Of a stretch of 64,000 bases of DNA, positions 1 to 13,153 are shown in pieces (the stretch's first letter is position 1; the number at the start of each line of letters is the position of its first letter). The stretch is from the NCBI RefSeq assembly GCF_964355755.1, contig NC_092676.1, positions 24,322,871-24,386,870 of the forward strand, in the 5' to 3' direction. The notes below the pieces were generated by a model. It had not been told where the DNA came from and made no database searches. It was given only the letters and a program-made list of their open reading frames with translations. The position numbers and the translations under genes are program-made. Source of the stretch: Antedon mediterranea (Eukaryota; Animalia; Echinodermata).

Positions 1-325
1 ATTTTGATACCCAAGACCAGCTCTTGATTTATAGACAGACTACTGTTTTTTGAGAATTTTTTTGACGAAAAATTTCTTAGGAAAATTTATAGAAAATCAT
101 GTATAAAACAATTATAACCGGTTTATTTGTACTTGCTTACTATATTAGCTAATTATTATAAAACATAGTAGGCATTGTTGTAGTACGTTATAAGCCTAAA
201 TGTACAACATTGTATACAAACCCATCACTGTGCCACGCCCATACTGTACTATTGTAACGCACACAATGATACAAAAATATTAAAATAACTATAAAACATG
301 ACAAAAAAAGTGAAAAACAACTTAC

Positions 326-328
326 CAT
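326..328 (-). CDS. ATG-only first coding exon of an unidentified gene continuing beyond the left edge
   Basis: The minus strand reads ...caagcaaaaagATG|gtaagttg: a good Kozak context directly followed by a consensus donor (321-325). A less AT-rich, promoter-like stretch with an ETS-like CGGAAGT lies at about 430-540. Confidence 0.45.
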
Positions 329-1899
329 CTTTTTGCTTGTTTTGATTGCTGTGTTCTAAAAATTGGAATGTATTGATTTCGAAAAAGTACTGAAGTACGG
401 ACTTTTGTTGTTGGTGTTCACTGACTTATCTCACTACGTCCAACTACAATGGTTGGAGAGCAACAAGTGCAGGCTACGCTACAAGTCTTACTGTCACGGA
501 AGTAAAACTACATATTGCCGGATGGCCGGATGGTATTTAAAAGATACGGGTGGCTCTCTCATTGCACAAACACAGCCTCATCTACTGGATTTGATAGTTA
601 TATGGATTGGATTTAGTTAGATATTATAAAGGTCAAGTTAAGGATACGTATCTATACACAAATTGACGGACAATTCTTTTAAAATCATGGCACTGATTAC
701 GGCAGATAATTTTGTTAAAGCGTGCAGCGTTAACTGGTGCATTTATAAAAAACGGCCTAATTTCGCGGATATATTCGCAATAAAGTTAAATATATTAATT
801 TATTTATTTAGTTTTACCGCAAATACATATACAATATCAACAATAATTATGTGTTTTGTTTAGAATCACCGGCGTTATGATCGAAATCGAGATTGTTAAA
901 ATCAATCTCAAAGCTTGTTTCGATGTTATCAAAACTAATAGAGTGCAGTTCGAATTAGAATTCCTAACATAACGAGAAGAAATTATAAACAATGTTGATT
1001 TGATTTCATTTATTTCTTGAAAATGAAAATCAATTTATGCTTTTATGTGTCAGTAATTTAACCAGGTATACGCCGTCAGTGTGGATATAATAGGCCTAAA
1101 GCATTGCGTGTTAAAGCAATGTGTTTTAATATTAATTGATCATTGTTTTAACGTATTTAACAGATCAGTGATACCAAACGTCGCATAATTCCGCACGGAA
1201 GAATAATATTGACTGTATATAGCTGAGGTGAGGTAAAAAACACACACACACCTTATTACTTGACACGTACAAAAACAAAGTATAGGAAACGCGTTCCTTC
1301 CGATCTATCTTCAGATGTATGTATATAATAGAGGTCAGAGGGACTAACCGGTTGACATACTACCATAGACTTTAAAACGGAACTGTAAAACAGGGATTTG
1401 TGAGTAGATTTACAGTAAATATGAAACATAATTGTAATACTATTACACAAAAAAGCAATTACTTTAAACGAAGATTGAAACAAAGCTATAAAATGTCAGT
1501 TTGTATGATCGTAATGTTGTAGGATAATGTAACGACCAATAGTGCCGTAATGTGTAATGTTGTCGCGACAAAGGGTACGTTTACTTTCTTCCATTTAGGG
1601 CCTGTTTTGTAAATAAAATGAATACTTAAAATAAGTTACACTTTATACCACCTAGACACGATGTAATATAGCACAATAAAACTGAAAACAAAGTTGGATG
1701 TGGCAGGAACTACGCACAAACCTTCTTTTTAGGAAAAACATGTCAAAAATAATAATTAAATATTAAACGGTCGGTAATTGTGGCTTCATAGTATATCTCC
1801 CTTCTATATTTATTATGGTAATCATCCGTTCTATCTGTACATTTTCTTTATTAATTCATATTTTATATTCAATATAGGGCGTAATATAATATTAGTTCT

Positions 1900-2060
1900 A
1901 GTTGGTGATAGCCCGAGAAGGTGTACTGGTTAGGAAATCTGACTAGCATGTGATCCGAGGCACGAGTTTAGACCTTTCTGCGTCATCTTGTTTCTGTAGA
2001 GGGCTTCCGAATTTCCTGCTAAGCTGACGCCCTCCGAATACTGGTACAGTACATCTTTTT
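1900..2060 (+). mobile_element. Possible degenerate tRNA-derived SINE
   Basis: A-box-like ggtgtactggttagg (about 1919) and B-box-like gagtttagacc (about 1964) at tRNA-like spacing, in a GC-richer patch. Confidence 0.3.
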
Positions 2061-2182
2061 GTATGTCTATTTCACTGGAAAAAAATATAAACAAAATTAA
2101 ATGCTTGACACTAAATGAGCTTATAAATAAATAACAAGCAAGTGTTGCAACATAATGAAGTGGAATAATTTGGGTAGCGTGG

Positions 2183-2333
2183 GTGTTTCGAAAACAGAGA
2201 CCCCCCCCCCCAACAAACTTTTCAATTAATGTTATATAGGGGGTATCTTTATCAGAGACCCCAACAAAAACGTCTCAATTATGTTATCTCTCTCGATAAC
2301 TCTCTAGGTCTCGGGTCTCTGTTTTCGAGGTAC
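2183..2333. mobile_element. Small MITE-like element with a 16-bp perfect inverted repeat
   Basis: TCGAAAACAGAGACCC (2188-2203) and GGGTCTCTGTTTTCGA (2313-2328), with an internal cagagacccc...aacaaa repeat. Confidence 0.55.
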
Positions 2334-2889
2334 TAATGGGGTTTAAAGAAACTGTGTTAACAAAATAACTATTAATGCAATAATACCATTCGAAGACAAA
2401 TTCTGTTCAATTGAATTGTTATGAATTCCAGAAACCGAATGATTGTAGCCTACAGTATTCTATTGGAAATAGGTTAGTCCTTTGTTCATATGATGATGGT
2501 AGTCATCCCATCACAATACGGAAAGGTGTCGAAATTATATATCATATCTGTATCGTCACGGGTCAGGAATTGACAATGTTATGTTCAAACACTGAATATC
2601 CCGATATGATAAAATTGTCGGAAAATTAAAGGAAGTACGATAGGCATACTAGTTTTACTGCATTGTCTTTCTTGAAACAAATAAGGTAAGTAAAAAAAAA
2701 CCTACCCTTTTTTAACTAGGCTATTTCAATGATGATTTTAATAGTAGCAGCTCAAAAATTTGATAGGGTTTCCATGTAAATATATTATAAAACATTAAGC
2801 CTAAAACCATTCACCTATTTAAAGGTAAAACACTTGCAACATTTATCTATTGGCTTATTAAAGCTATAAAGGCAATTATCACCGCCCTA

Positions 2890-3115
2890 CAAGCGTAACT
2901 TAAACTGGAGAGAGAACACGGATTAGGCATTCAGCGCCTACCAAGATACGATCCCCATCTCGTTTCGATAGTGTGTCTTTAACGTGCACTCTGCACACGG
3001 GACTAACGGCTTTATTTCTCATCTGAAGGACGAAGCAATGAGAGTATCTTTCCCAAGAAGGATATATTCAATATGGCATAGATCGGCTCGAACTCATGCC
3101 CATCACATGGTGGTT
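2890..3115 (-). mobile_element. tRNA-derived SINE with a Deu/Nin-like core
   Basis: Minus strand: B-box gagttcgagcc, then cttcagatgagaaataaagccgttagtccc...cacgttaaagac...tcgaaacgagatgggg, matching the remembered Deu/Nin core layout. It sits in the 5'UTR intron of TRIM copy 1. Confidence 0.6.
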
Positions 3116-3522
3116 TGGTATATCATATAATAAATGTTTAGAACTTGTCAACAAAAGGGAAACATCATCAGCAGAACTTGGACCTCTCATGAAAAAATAC
3201 TATCAATTAATTCAACCTCAGTGTACTTTTAAAAAACGGGGGAAAATATAAGGAAATAGAACTTGAAAAGATCACCCGACGATTTGCTTTGTATACTTAA
3301 TAGAAATTGTGTTTTTATGTAGATATACTGTACATGATCAGGTTTGTGTTGAGAATTGAAAAGGAAATACACTGACATCAAATCAATCCAATCAAGGTAA
3401 GTTTGCTATATATAATAACTTATTTATAAACCAAGACAAAGTAATACAAAAGTCGAAGGAAAGGCTCTACCGTATTGTGAATCTAAAAAACTAAAACTAA
3501 AAATTATATTTTTTCTTTACAG

Positions 3523-5319
3523 ATGTCTACAGGTTGTTGTTCAACTCATTCTGAGAATAACCTTCAGTTTTTCTGTTCAGATTGTCAAACACCTGCGTGC
3601 AAAGACTGTGAACATATTCATGAATGTTACCAAAACCAACATGATGTCGTTCCAATACAATTACAAACCGAGCAAAATGCTATGAAATTGATCAAGATAG
3701 CTGAAGAAGTAAAAAGAAAACTTGAAGAATCCTTGGACTCTATTGTTGCAAATCAAAACCAATTTGAAACCCATCTCAAATTATGCAGATGCGCTATTGA
3801 TATGAGAGAAAAAGAAATAATTCGGAAAGTGAAAGAAAAAAGCAGGGAATTGAAGTCTCACCTTGACGAATTGGATAAAAACAAAGATGAAGCTTTTAAA
3901 AAACAACTTGAAGATCTAGACTTCAAGAAAATCCAAATAGATAGTTTAAAAGCTTCAGTTAAATCGATTATGAACAAAGCAGAGGAAAAAGACAATCTTG
4001 AGAAGCTTAAGAAAAAAATCATCGATATCAAAGACAAGCTCTTGGCAGCAGATATTGAAAAATGTTCGCCTCATAGCAAACATGTTATTCCAACTTTCAT
4101 CACATCAGCACATCTTAATAAACTGATGGATACTGAAGGAATTGGAAACATTGTAACGGTAGACGAGAGGTTTAATGTTGCTAAAAATGATCGATCAATC
4201 ACAGTCACAAAGGGACAGCAGTTTGTAGTAGATGTCTCCTGCTTGATCAAGGATGAAGAATGTAAATTAGCTGCCACTCTAACAAGCTCATCAGGTGAAG
4301 AATCAAGACCTCATGTAAAATATCAAGGAAACGGAGACTACAGAATAACAAGTAGATGTACCATGGAAGGAGACTGGCAAATGAAGATAACTCTTGCAGA
4401 TAAATACGTTAGGAGGTCTTCACTAAATGCCAAAGGTTCACCAGTAAACGTGAAAGGGTCACCAGTAAATGTGAAAGGGTCACCAGTAAATGTCAAAGTT
4501 GAAAAGCTAGGACTAGTTCGTACAATTGGAAAAATATCAGATTATATAAAAGATGTAGGCCTACATTGGGTATCAGATGTTATGTTGGAAACCAATGGAT
4601 GTATGTTAGTGTCAACTATGAGTGATCAGATGTTGAGATTCGACCAATCAGGAAGATTTGTTGATAAGCTACTGATGCCACAACGCACAGAGCCAATTAG
4701 AATGCACAAAATGAGTAATGGCAACATAGTGTACAGTGATTTTAAAAAATGTGTTGTAATGTGTGATGAGAAACTAAACACCATCAGCACATTTGGAGAA
4801 GACACATTGCAAAACCCATGTGGATTGGATGTAGATGAGGTCATGAGAGTCTTATATGTAGTAGATGAAAACAAACAATGTGTGTTCAAATTTAATATTG
4901 ATGATGGGTCAATGCTTGGTAACATTGGGTCAGAAGGTAATAAATTGCGTGAATTGAAACACCCAAATGATGTCGCAATAACCAAAGAAGGAAACATTGT
5001 CGTGGCTGATACTAAAAATAACAGAATACAAATTTTTAAAGCAGATGGACAAAAGGCAAAAGTCATCATAGGTCATGGAGAAGAAGATGGTAAAGTGGTT
5101 CATCCTACTTGTGTAACTGTGGATGTTGATGAAAATTTGATAATATCTAGCCAACACAAACTTCAGTTGTTCGATAAAAATGGAGTTTTCATGAGACGAA
5201 TTGATGAAAAAGAGGAAGGTTTGCAGCTTCCACTTGGCAGCTCTGTCATTTCCTATAGACCAAAGAGATTAGCAGTGGCAAACAATGGGACAAATAATAT
5301 CAAATTTTTCAATTATTAA
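3523..5319 (+). CDS. RING-less TRIM-NHL-like protein (B-box, coiled-coil, filamin, NHL repeats), copy 1
   Basis: 598-aa ORF with a B-box-like CxxH-x7-CxxC-x4-CxxC, a long coiled coil, a filamin repeat ending VKGSPVNVKV and NHL repeats (HPNDVAITKEGNIVVADTKNNRIQIF). The ATG directly follows the acceptor ttacag. Donors at 2686 and 3397 mark 5'UTR exons. Confidence 0.9.
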   Translation: MSTGCCSTHSENNLQFFCSDCQTPACKDCEHIHECYQNQHDVVPIQLQTEQNAMKLIKIAEEVKRKLEESLDSIVANQNQFETHLKLCRCAIDMREKEIIRKVKEKSRELKSHLDELDKNKDEAFKKQLEDLDFKKIQIDSLKASVKSIMNKAEEKDNLEKLKKKIIDIKDKLLAADIEKCSPHSKHVIPTFITSAHLNKLMDTEGIGNIVTVDERFNVAKNDRSITVTKGQQFVVDVSCLIKDEECKLAATLTSSSGEESRPHVKYQGNGDYRITSRCTMEGDWQMKITLADKYVRRSSLNAKGSPVNVKGSPVNVKGSPVNVKVEKLGLVRTIGKISDYIKDVGLHWVSDVMLETNGCMLVSTMSDQMLRFDQSGRFVDKLLMPQRTEPIRMHKMSNGNIVYSDFKKCVVMCDEKLNTISTFGEDTLQNPCGLDVDEVMRVLYVVDENKQCVFKFNIDDGSMLGNIGSEGNKLRELKHPNDVAITKEGNIVVADTKNNRIQIFKADGQKAKVIIGHGEEDGKVVHPTCVTVDVDENLIISSQHKLQLFDKNGVFMRRIDEKEEGLQLPLGSSVISYRPKRLAVANNGTNNIKFFNY

Positions 5320-6327
5320 GATGCAGTAAATACCAAGTAGCATAGAACATTGCCTTTAAGCAGATTAAATTTTTTTAAATTTTTAAATACCTACTTTTAA
5401 TGAACTCAAAACTTTATTTAAAAAAATGAATGAACTGTATAAAAAGTATGTTAACAACGAACATTTACAGAAATAAATAGTTTAACTTCAATATGTAAAT
5501 ATTATAGCAGAAAAGAAACTTCATATTATATTTTGCAAAGGTTGTTTTTTTTTCATGATTATCATAACAGTATACTCAGTTTGAGTTTGCAAGGAGGTCA
5601 AATTATTCTAGTATATTACCCATGGTTCTAGTTAGATTGGGTTGGATTAATATTATTTGTTTTCCATTCTTGACGATTTGAGCTGGACACCTAACTTTAT
5701 CCAGTGACACCAGTTTACCTGTCTGATTATTATTTTGTATATAAAAAAAGGATTTTAATTCAAATATATCAATAAACTATAATCGAAGTGGTGTTGGCCA
5801 TTGGGTTATTGTAATGGGAAAAAACACTATTGTACCTAATTCCTTACATAGGTTTTAATATATGTATTCAATTATATGACAATAAATGTATAAAAAGTAG
5901 TTTTATTTGGCTTATTCTTGATTTGAATTTTAATTCATAGCAACAATATTTGTACCTGTTAAAATGATGAATCCAAAGAACATTTTATTGAGGAAACTCA
6001 CATTACCCATCCTAGTTGTAGACTTTCAAAGAATCTTCACATTTATTAAATTGAATATTGCTTCATACTATTCTAGTTATGCAGAGAATATAAACAGTTA
6101 ATAGCTGAGGTGCACTGCAATTCTGTATAATAGGAATACTTGCGTCAGGTAAAAAATATAATTTCAAAAGCAATTCTATTCATACGTAGATATACATTAA
6201 TACTGTAGTTATATTTAAGATTTTAAAATGAAATAGACTGATAAAAAATAAATGTTAAGGTATGTTTAAAATATGTTATATAATTGATTTACAAACCGAC
6301 CATCAAGACATAGCAATAAAAAACTAA

Positions 6328-6495
6328 ATGTCTACATAATATTTGAAACATTAAAATGTTCCACTGAAGGAAAGACTGTTAACATATTCTTCACCAATGA
6401 AAAGATCAAACCTGATGTGATACCAATGGATATTGCTCAACAAAATGCTATAAAAATCAAGATAACTGTAGGAATTAAAAGAAAACTTTTGAATA
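6328..6495 (+). pseudogene. Degenerate 5' fragment of a TRIM-NHL copy
   Basis: atgtctac...aaatgttccact...aaagactgttaacatattctt...gatgtgataccaat...caaaatgctat...atcaagataactg...aaaagaaaactt follows the B-box/coiled-coil start of the neighbouring copies, with deletions and stops. Confidence 0.7.
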
Positions 6496-7246
6496 GTTTC
6501 ATTTTTCCTCTCATTAACATTCATTTCTGTAATATTGTGGTTAGCAGCAGGTATTGTGTTATGGTAAAATCATAATGTACATTGATCAATGTTTCGGAAA
6601 GCAACAAAAGATTTATTTCCGTATAATCACCCAGAAAAGCTTTATTATCTTTGCTGATACTAATATTTTTACATTGTCAACCGAACCGCATAAACAAATT
6701 ATCTGGTGTTGGCTGCAAAGTTAAAAGGAACTAACAGTACTCATCAAATTTGAACAATACCTTGTCTTTCTTCAAGCAAATAAGGTTAGTTATAAGCTAA
6801 GTATATTTAGCAGACTCAAAGTTAAGACTGGACAACAGTAGTACAACTAACTAATTTCATGTGAAATGAAATTTGTTTAATTTTAACTTGCTAGCCGCTA
6901 TGACTTGGTGTTTTAATGTTGGTTGCTTGTGTATGCTTCGGAAAAAGTAGTGGTTCCTAATATGAAAAAAACACTGTTATACAAACATAAATTGCCACTA
7001 TGAATTCACTTGCTTTATTATATGAATTTACATTCAAGCTATCTACATTAGGGAACTTAAAACAACTCTAACATCGAATGTTTATAACAGTGCTGATTGA
7101 CTTAACATCAATATAGAGTATTAGCGAATATATTTGGAAGTAAGGTTTACTTTAAAAATTCTGAAGCTTATATATTTTGTTTAAATTTAATCTTTTAAAA
7201 ATCTTTATAATAGGAATCAAATCAAATGATTTTTTTCTTTTAACAG

Positions 7247-9004
7247 ATGTCCACAAGCTTTCAAGAAAAACATTCAAAATGTTCATCTCATCCTAAAAAT
7301 GATCTTCAATTCTTCTGTTCAAGTTGTAATAAATCTGCATGTAAAGACTGTCAACATATTCTTGAATGTTACAAGAATAAACATGACGTGATTCCAATAA
7401 ATTTAAAAAAAGATGTAGGTGACCAAAATGCTTTAAAACTAATCAAGTTAGCTGAAGAAATAAAAAAAAAGCTTGAAGATTCTCTTGACTTTATTGTTGA
7501 AAATCAAACAAAATTTGAAACTCATCTAAAATTATGCCAATCTGCTATTGAAATGAGAAAAACAGAGATAATTCAGAAAGCAGAAGAAGAAAGCAGAAAA
7601 CTAATGTCTAATCTTGATAAATTATTTCAAAACAGACAACAAGCTATTCAAAAAGAACTTGCAGATCTAGACTCAAAGAAAACACAAATAGAAAGCCTAA
7701 AGGAATCAGTAAAATCAACTATTAACAAAGAAGACAAAAATGAGAACCTCGTCAAGCTTAAGAAAAACATTGCTGATGTTAAAGACAAGGTCCTAAAAGC
7801 AGATAGCGATAAATTCTCACTGTACAATGAACATGTTATTCCAACTTTCATCACATCAGCGGATCTCAACACACTGATGGATGCTGAAGGAATTGGAAAC
7901 ATTTTAACTGTTGACGAGAGGTTTATTGTCGCTAACAATGACCGATCAGTTACAGTCGCAAAGGGAGAGCAGTTTTCAGTAAAAGTATCTTGTTTGATAA
8001 ACGATGAAGAATGTCAATTAGCAGCCACTCTAACAAGCTCATCAGGTGAAGAATCTAGTGCTCCCGAGGTAAAATATCAAGGAAATGGAGACTACAGAAT
8101 AACAAGTACCTGTAACATTGAAGGAGACTGGAAAATGAAGATCATTGTGGCAGATGAACATGTCAAGGGGTCACCAGTAAATGTCAAAGTTGAAAAACTA
8201 GGACTTGTTCGAACAATTGGCAAAATATCAGATTATATAAAAGGTTCACATCAGGTATCAGATGTTATGGCAGAAACCAATGGGTGTGTGCTAGTGACAA
8301 GTGTTAGCAAAGAGATATTAAGATTCAACCAATCAGGATCCTTTGTTAATAAGCTACTAACACCAGAAGGCACAAATGCTTACAGAATGCACAGAATGAG
8401 TAATGGAAATATAGTGTATAGTAATTTGAAAAATTGTATTTTTATGTGTGACGACAAACTAAGCACTATTTGTTCATTTGGTAAAGACAAAATGATTCTC
8501 CAAGGTGGATTGGATGTAGATGAGAACAAGAGGATCTTATATGTAGCAGATGATAATAAACATTGTGTGTTTAAATTTAACATTGACGACCAGTCAATTC
8601 TTGGTAAAATTGGGTCAGAAGGTACGAATGCAGGTCAATTGAAATATCCATGTGATGTTGCAATAACTAAAGAAGGAAACATTGTTGTGGCTGATACTGA
8701 AAATAACAGAATACAACTTTTTAATGCAGATGGGAAAAGGGCAAAGGTCATCATAGGTCATGGAGAAGAAGATGGTCAAGTTGTTCATCCTTCTTGTATA
8801 ACTGTGGATGCGGATGATAATTTAATAATATCTAGCCAACATAAAGTTCAGTTATTTGACAAAAATGGAGTTTTCATAAGGCGAATAGATCACAAAGACT
8901 ATGAATTACTGTTGCCCCTTGGCAGTTCTGTCATTTCCTACAGGCCGAGAAGATTAGCTGTGGCATACCATGGGTCAAATGATATCAAATTATACAATTA
9001 TTAA
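7247..9004 (+). CDS. RING-less TRIM-NHL-like protein, copy 2
   Basis: 585-aa intact ORF with the same architecture; acceptor taacag|ATG; upstream non-coding exon donor at 6785. Confidence 0.9.
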   Translation: MSTSFQEKHSKCSSHPKNDLQFFCSSCNKSACKDCQHILECYKNKHDVIPINLKKDVGDQNALKLIKLAEEIKKKLEDSLDFIVENQTKFETHLKLCQSAIEMRKTEIIQKAEEESRKLMSNLDKLFQNRQQAIQKELADLDSKKTQIESLKESVKSTINKEDKNENLVKLKKNIADVKDKVLKADSDKFSLYNEHVIPTFITSADLNTLMDAEGIGNILTVDERFIVANNDRSVTVAKGEQFSVKVSCLINDEECQLAATLTSSSGEESSAPEVKYQGNGDYRITSTCNIEGDWKMKIIVADEHVKGSPVNVKVEKLGLVRTIGKISDYIKGSHQVSDVMAETNGCVLVTSVSKEILRFNQSGSFVNKLLTPEGTNAYRMHRMSNGNIVYSNLKNCIFMCDDKLSTICSFGKDKMILQGGLDVDENKRILYVADDNKHCVFKFNIDDQSILGKIGSEGTNAGQLKYPCDVAITKEGNIVVADTENNRIQLFNADGKRAKVIIGHGEEDGQVVHPSCITVDADDNLIISSQHKVQLFDKNGVFIRRIDHKDYELLLPLGSSVISYRPRRLAVAYHGSNDIKLYNY

Positions 9005-10394
9005 AATGGAGCTCCTAAAAAGTTATTTCATTGTTAAAAAAATGATCTGTCTGGAATGTGTATTTTTTAAATACAAGCAACTAAAATTCTATTTTTTAGG
9101 AACAATAATAATTTGCGAGTTTTATTAGTTGAAATTAACTGACATTTTATATAGTAGGAAATACAAGATTTAATTTACATTTTAATTGTTGTCATTGTGG
9201 GATCATATTCATTGTTTTACTTTATATAAAATAGAATTAATATTTTATAATTAATGTTTTATTTGAACTAGTCTAATTTAGATTGCAATCATGTGAGTAA
9301 TTCTATAAAGGCATTGCCAAATAAATACGTACATATAAATACAATTTCAGATTCAGACTCAGTGTCAATGATCTTCTTATGTAAATAAAATAAAAGTTAA
9401 TAAATTCATATTATAAATTTTCAAAAAGCAAGTTCAGTCAAGTGTATAAAAATACCGAATTAGAAACTTAAAAGAATGATAAGGCAAATATTAGTTCTTG
9501 AAACTTTCCTTTTAACTGCAAGGTTATATCGAGTCATTTGCTTTTGTTAAATTTTAATAGCAGTACCTTTATTATGTTTTTATTGTTCATGTTAAAAAAG
9601 TAACAGTTTGACACATTTCTGTATCGCCACGGGTCAGAAATTGACAATTCTTTATTCAAACAATAATATACAACGGCACCCACAATATATCAATTACTAT
9701 TGGATACTAACAGTAAAGCTATAAGGAAGTACCTTATTTAACTACCTAGTCTTTATTCAACTAGAAAATAAGGTTAGTAAAATATGTTCTGTTAGTAATT
9801 ATTATTATTACTATTATACTTTACAAATAACATCACCGGAAAACATTTTTTTTCACTTTGAACTTGACATGTTAATGTTGTGTGTTTGAAAAATTGTGGC
9901 TCAAAATATTGTCTGTGAAAAAATCGATTGAAATCTAATGACCTGACATTTTTTTTTTTATATACAAAATTTATTTGCGTTAATCACCATTATCATACAC
10001 CTATTACATACAGTACTTAATTGCTGATAACCAAGAACACTATACTTTAAGTGTTTAAATAAAAGCTACTCAGTACTCAACTTGTCCTGTTCTGAACATT
10101 TAGTGAATAGAATAACTTATATAATTATTTTATCATCTAATGTGCACTAACATTAAAAACTTTGCATTGTGAGAAATATGTATGTCAGTTTAACCATGAA
10201 CAAATGAATCCGTAGGAATCTGAATAAAAGTAAAAATGTTTCTTGCCGCCATCGTCCGGACTGTCCACAACGTCACAAAATAAACAAACGTCTTCATAGC
10301 TGTGTATAGATAGATACAAACATTATTTTATTTCTTTTTTCTATTTTTATAACATGTAGCTGATACTAAACTATACAATCAAATTAATTTACAG

Positions 10395-12122
10395 ATGTCT
10401 ACTGGTATTGCAAAGAAGAAATTAAAATGTTCAACTCATTGTGAAAATGATCTTCAATTCTTCTGTTCAGATTGTAAAAAATCTGCATGCAAAGACTGTG
10501 AACATATTCATGAATGCTTCCAAAACCAACATGATGTGGTTCCAATACCTAATGACGAGGCTGAGGAGAAAGTGATACAATTAATTAAGAAAGCTGATGG
10601 TATGATGGTAAAACTTGAACAATCCTTGGACACCATTGTTTCAATTCAAAACAAATTTGAAAATAACATAAAATTATGCAGATCTGCTATTGAAATGAGA
10701 GAAAATAAGTTAATAGAGAAACTAAAACAAGAAAGCAGAAACCTGATATCTGATCTTAACAGATTGTGTAAAGAAAGACAAAAAACAAATACAAAAGAAC
10801 TAGAGGATCTAGATTTAAAGAAAACACAATTATCTAGCCTAAAAGATTCACTAAAATTAACTATGGACAAATCAGCTGAACAGGATAACTTTGTTGCACT
10901 TGAAACAGAAACCAAGGAATTAGAAGCAGATGTTGACGCATTCTCACTTCAGAAACATGTTATTCCAATTTTTATCACATCTCCACATTTAAACAAAGTG
11001 ATGGATACTGAAGGAATTGGAAAAATTGCAATGGTTGATAGCAGGTTTAATGTTGCTAAAACTGATCGATCAGTTACAGTCACAAAGGGAGAGTCATTTG
11101 CAGTAAAAGTATCAAGTTTGACAAAAGATGAGGAATGTAAATTAGTTGCCACTCTAACAAGCTCATCAGGTGAAGAATCAACCACTGATGTAAAATATTA
11201 TGGAAACGGAGAATACAGAATAAGAAGTTCCTGTACTATTGAAGGAAACTGGAAAATGAAGATCACAGTCGCAGATGAAAACATTAAGGGGTCACCAGTA
11301 TTTGTCAAAGTTGAGAAACTAGGACTTGTTCGAACAATTGGCAAAATATCAGATTATATAAAAGGTTCACATCAGGTATCAGATGTTATGGCAGAAACCA
11401 ATGGGTGTGTGTTAGTTGCAAGTGCTAGCAAAGAGATATTGAGATTCAACCAAACAGGATCATTTGTTAATAAGCAACTGACACCACTAGGCACATATGT
11501 AAATAAAATGCACAAAATGAACAATGGAAACATAGTGTATGATTATGTTCACTGTGTGGTAATGTGTGACGAGAAACTAAACACAATCCGCTCATTTGGA
11601 GAAGACACACTGAAAGCCCCAAAGGGATTGGATGTAGACGAGAATAGGAGGGTCTTATATGTTGCCGATGGTGACAAACATTGCATCTTCAAGTTCAACA
11701 TTGACAACAAGTCAATGCTTGGTAAAATTGGGTCAAAAGGCAGTAATACAGGAAAATTTAAACAACCAAGAGATGTTGCAATAACTAAAGAAGGGAATAT
11801 AGTCGTGGCTGATACTGAAAATGACAGGATACAGATTTTTAATGCAGATGGACAAAAGGCAAAGGTCATCATAGGTCACGGAAAAGAAGATGGTAAAGTG
11901 ATTCATCCTTCTTGTGTAACTGTGGATGCTGATGATAATTTGATAATATCAAGCGAATATAAAGTTCAGTTATTTGATAAAAATGGAGTTTTCAAGAGAC
12001 GAATAGATCACAAACATGACGGATTACAGCTTCCACTTGGCAGTTCTGTCATTTCCTATAGACCAAGGAGACTAGCTGTGGCAAACTATGGGGCAAATGA
12101 TATTAAATTCTTTAATTATTAA
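10395..12122 (+). CDS. RING-less TRIM-NHL-like protein, copy 3
   Basis: 575-aa intact ORF with the same architecture; acceptor ttacag|ATG; upstream donor at 9773. Confidence 0.9.
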   Translation: MSTGIAKKKLKCSTHCENDLQFFCSDCKKSACKDCEHIHECFQNQHDVVPIPNDEAEEKVIQLIKKADGMMVKLEQSLDTIVSIQNKFENNIKLCRSAIEMRENKLIEKLKQESRNLISDLNRLCKERQKTNTKELEDLDLKKTQLSSLKDSLKLTMDKSAEQDNFVALETETKELEADVDAFSLQKHVIPIFITSPHLNKVMDTEGIGKIAMVDSRFNVAKTDRSVTVTKGESFAVKVSSLTKDEECKLVATLTSSSGEESTTDVKYYGNGEYRIRSSCTIEGNWKMKITVADENIKGSPVFVKVEKLGLVRTIGKISDYIKGSHQVSDVMAETNGCVLVASASKEILRFNQTGSFVNKQLTPLGTYVNKMHKMNNGNIVYDYVHCVVMCDEKLNTIRSFGEDTLKAPKGLDVDENRRVLYVADGDKHCIFKFNIDNKSMLGKIGSKGSNTGKFKQPRDVAITKEGNIVVADTENDRIQIFNADGQKAKVIIGHGKEDGKVIHPSCVTVDADDNLIISSEYKVQLFDKNGVFKRRIDHKHDGLQLPLGSSVISYRPRRLAVANYGANDIKFFNY

Positions 12123-12819
12123 GATGCAGTACTTTCAATCATTCTGAAATATCGTTAACTGTAACAGAATTGGTTTAGTGAAATACCAAGTAGCATAGAA
12201 CATTGCCATTTAGCAGATTAAAGTATGTTTTAAAATGTATTGGTTAAAGTTTGAAAAAGTTAACTCAACACTTTTTATTTTAAACATTTTTTTCGACAAC
12301 TGTATAAAACTATGCTAACAAACATTTATTTTTACCTATGTACAGAAATAAATAGTCTTACTTTAATATGTAACTATTACTTTATATTCATTCAAATTAT
12401 ATTTGGTTTGTTTTTTTAAAAACATTTTTACAATGATTTATCATAACAGTATACCCAGTTACCATTGAGTCCACATGAAAGACAAATTATTCTAGCATAG
12501 TACCCATGGTTTTAGTTATATTGGGTTGGATTAATATTTTGTTATCCATTCTTGATGATCTGAGAAGATTAACTTGTCTCAGTGACCAGTTTATGCCTGA
12601 TCATTATTTTCTAAGGACTTTTCATAATATTTTTCTTAAAAGTATTGGGTTATTAATAAGAAAATATACCTTTCTCAAATAGGTATAATAACATTCTAAT
12701 CTGTATTATCTTGATTATATGACAATATTGAATAAAAGTGGAATGATCCCACAAAAAAAGGAGAAAAAAATGTAGTTTTATTTAAATTATAGTCTTCATT
12801 TGAATTGAAATGTATGAAA

Positions 12820-13150
12820 AAAAAAAGCAGCTATAGCCAGTGGAGCAGTACCCTTCCAATTATGAAGTTTGCTCCTAAATGGAAGAAGAAGAAGAAATGC
12901 AATGTAACCTGTCAAATTGAAGAACCCGGATAACATGCAAAAAATAAAAAAAAACCAGCTATAGCCAGTGGAGAAGTACCCTTCACCAATGGAGTTTGCT
13001 CCTAAATGGAAGAAAAAGAAAAAATGCAATGTAACCTGTCAAATTGAAGAATCCAGATAACATGCCAAAAAAAAAGCAATAGCCAGTGGAGAAGTACCCT
13101 TTTCAACTATGGAGTTTGCTCCTAAATGGAAGAAGAAGAAGAAATGTAAT
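12820..13150 (+). repeat. Tandem repeat with a unit of about 120-130 bp, three copies (last truncated)
   Basis: Units containing atagccagtggag...tttgctcctaaatggaagaa start at about 12830, 12958 and 13077. A single unit occurs at about 17049-17160. Confidence 0.85.
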
Positions 13151-13153
13151 GTT

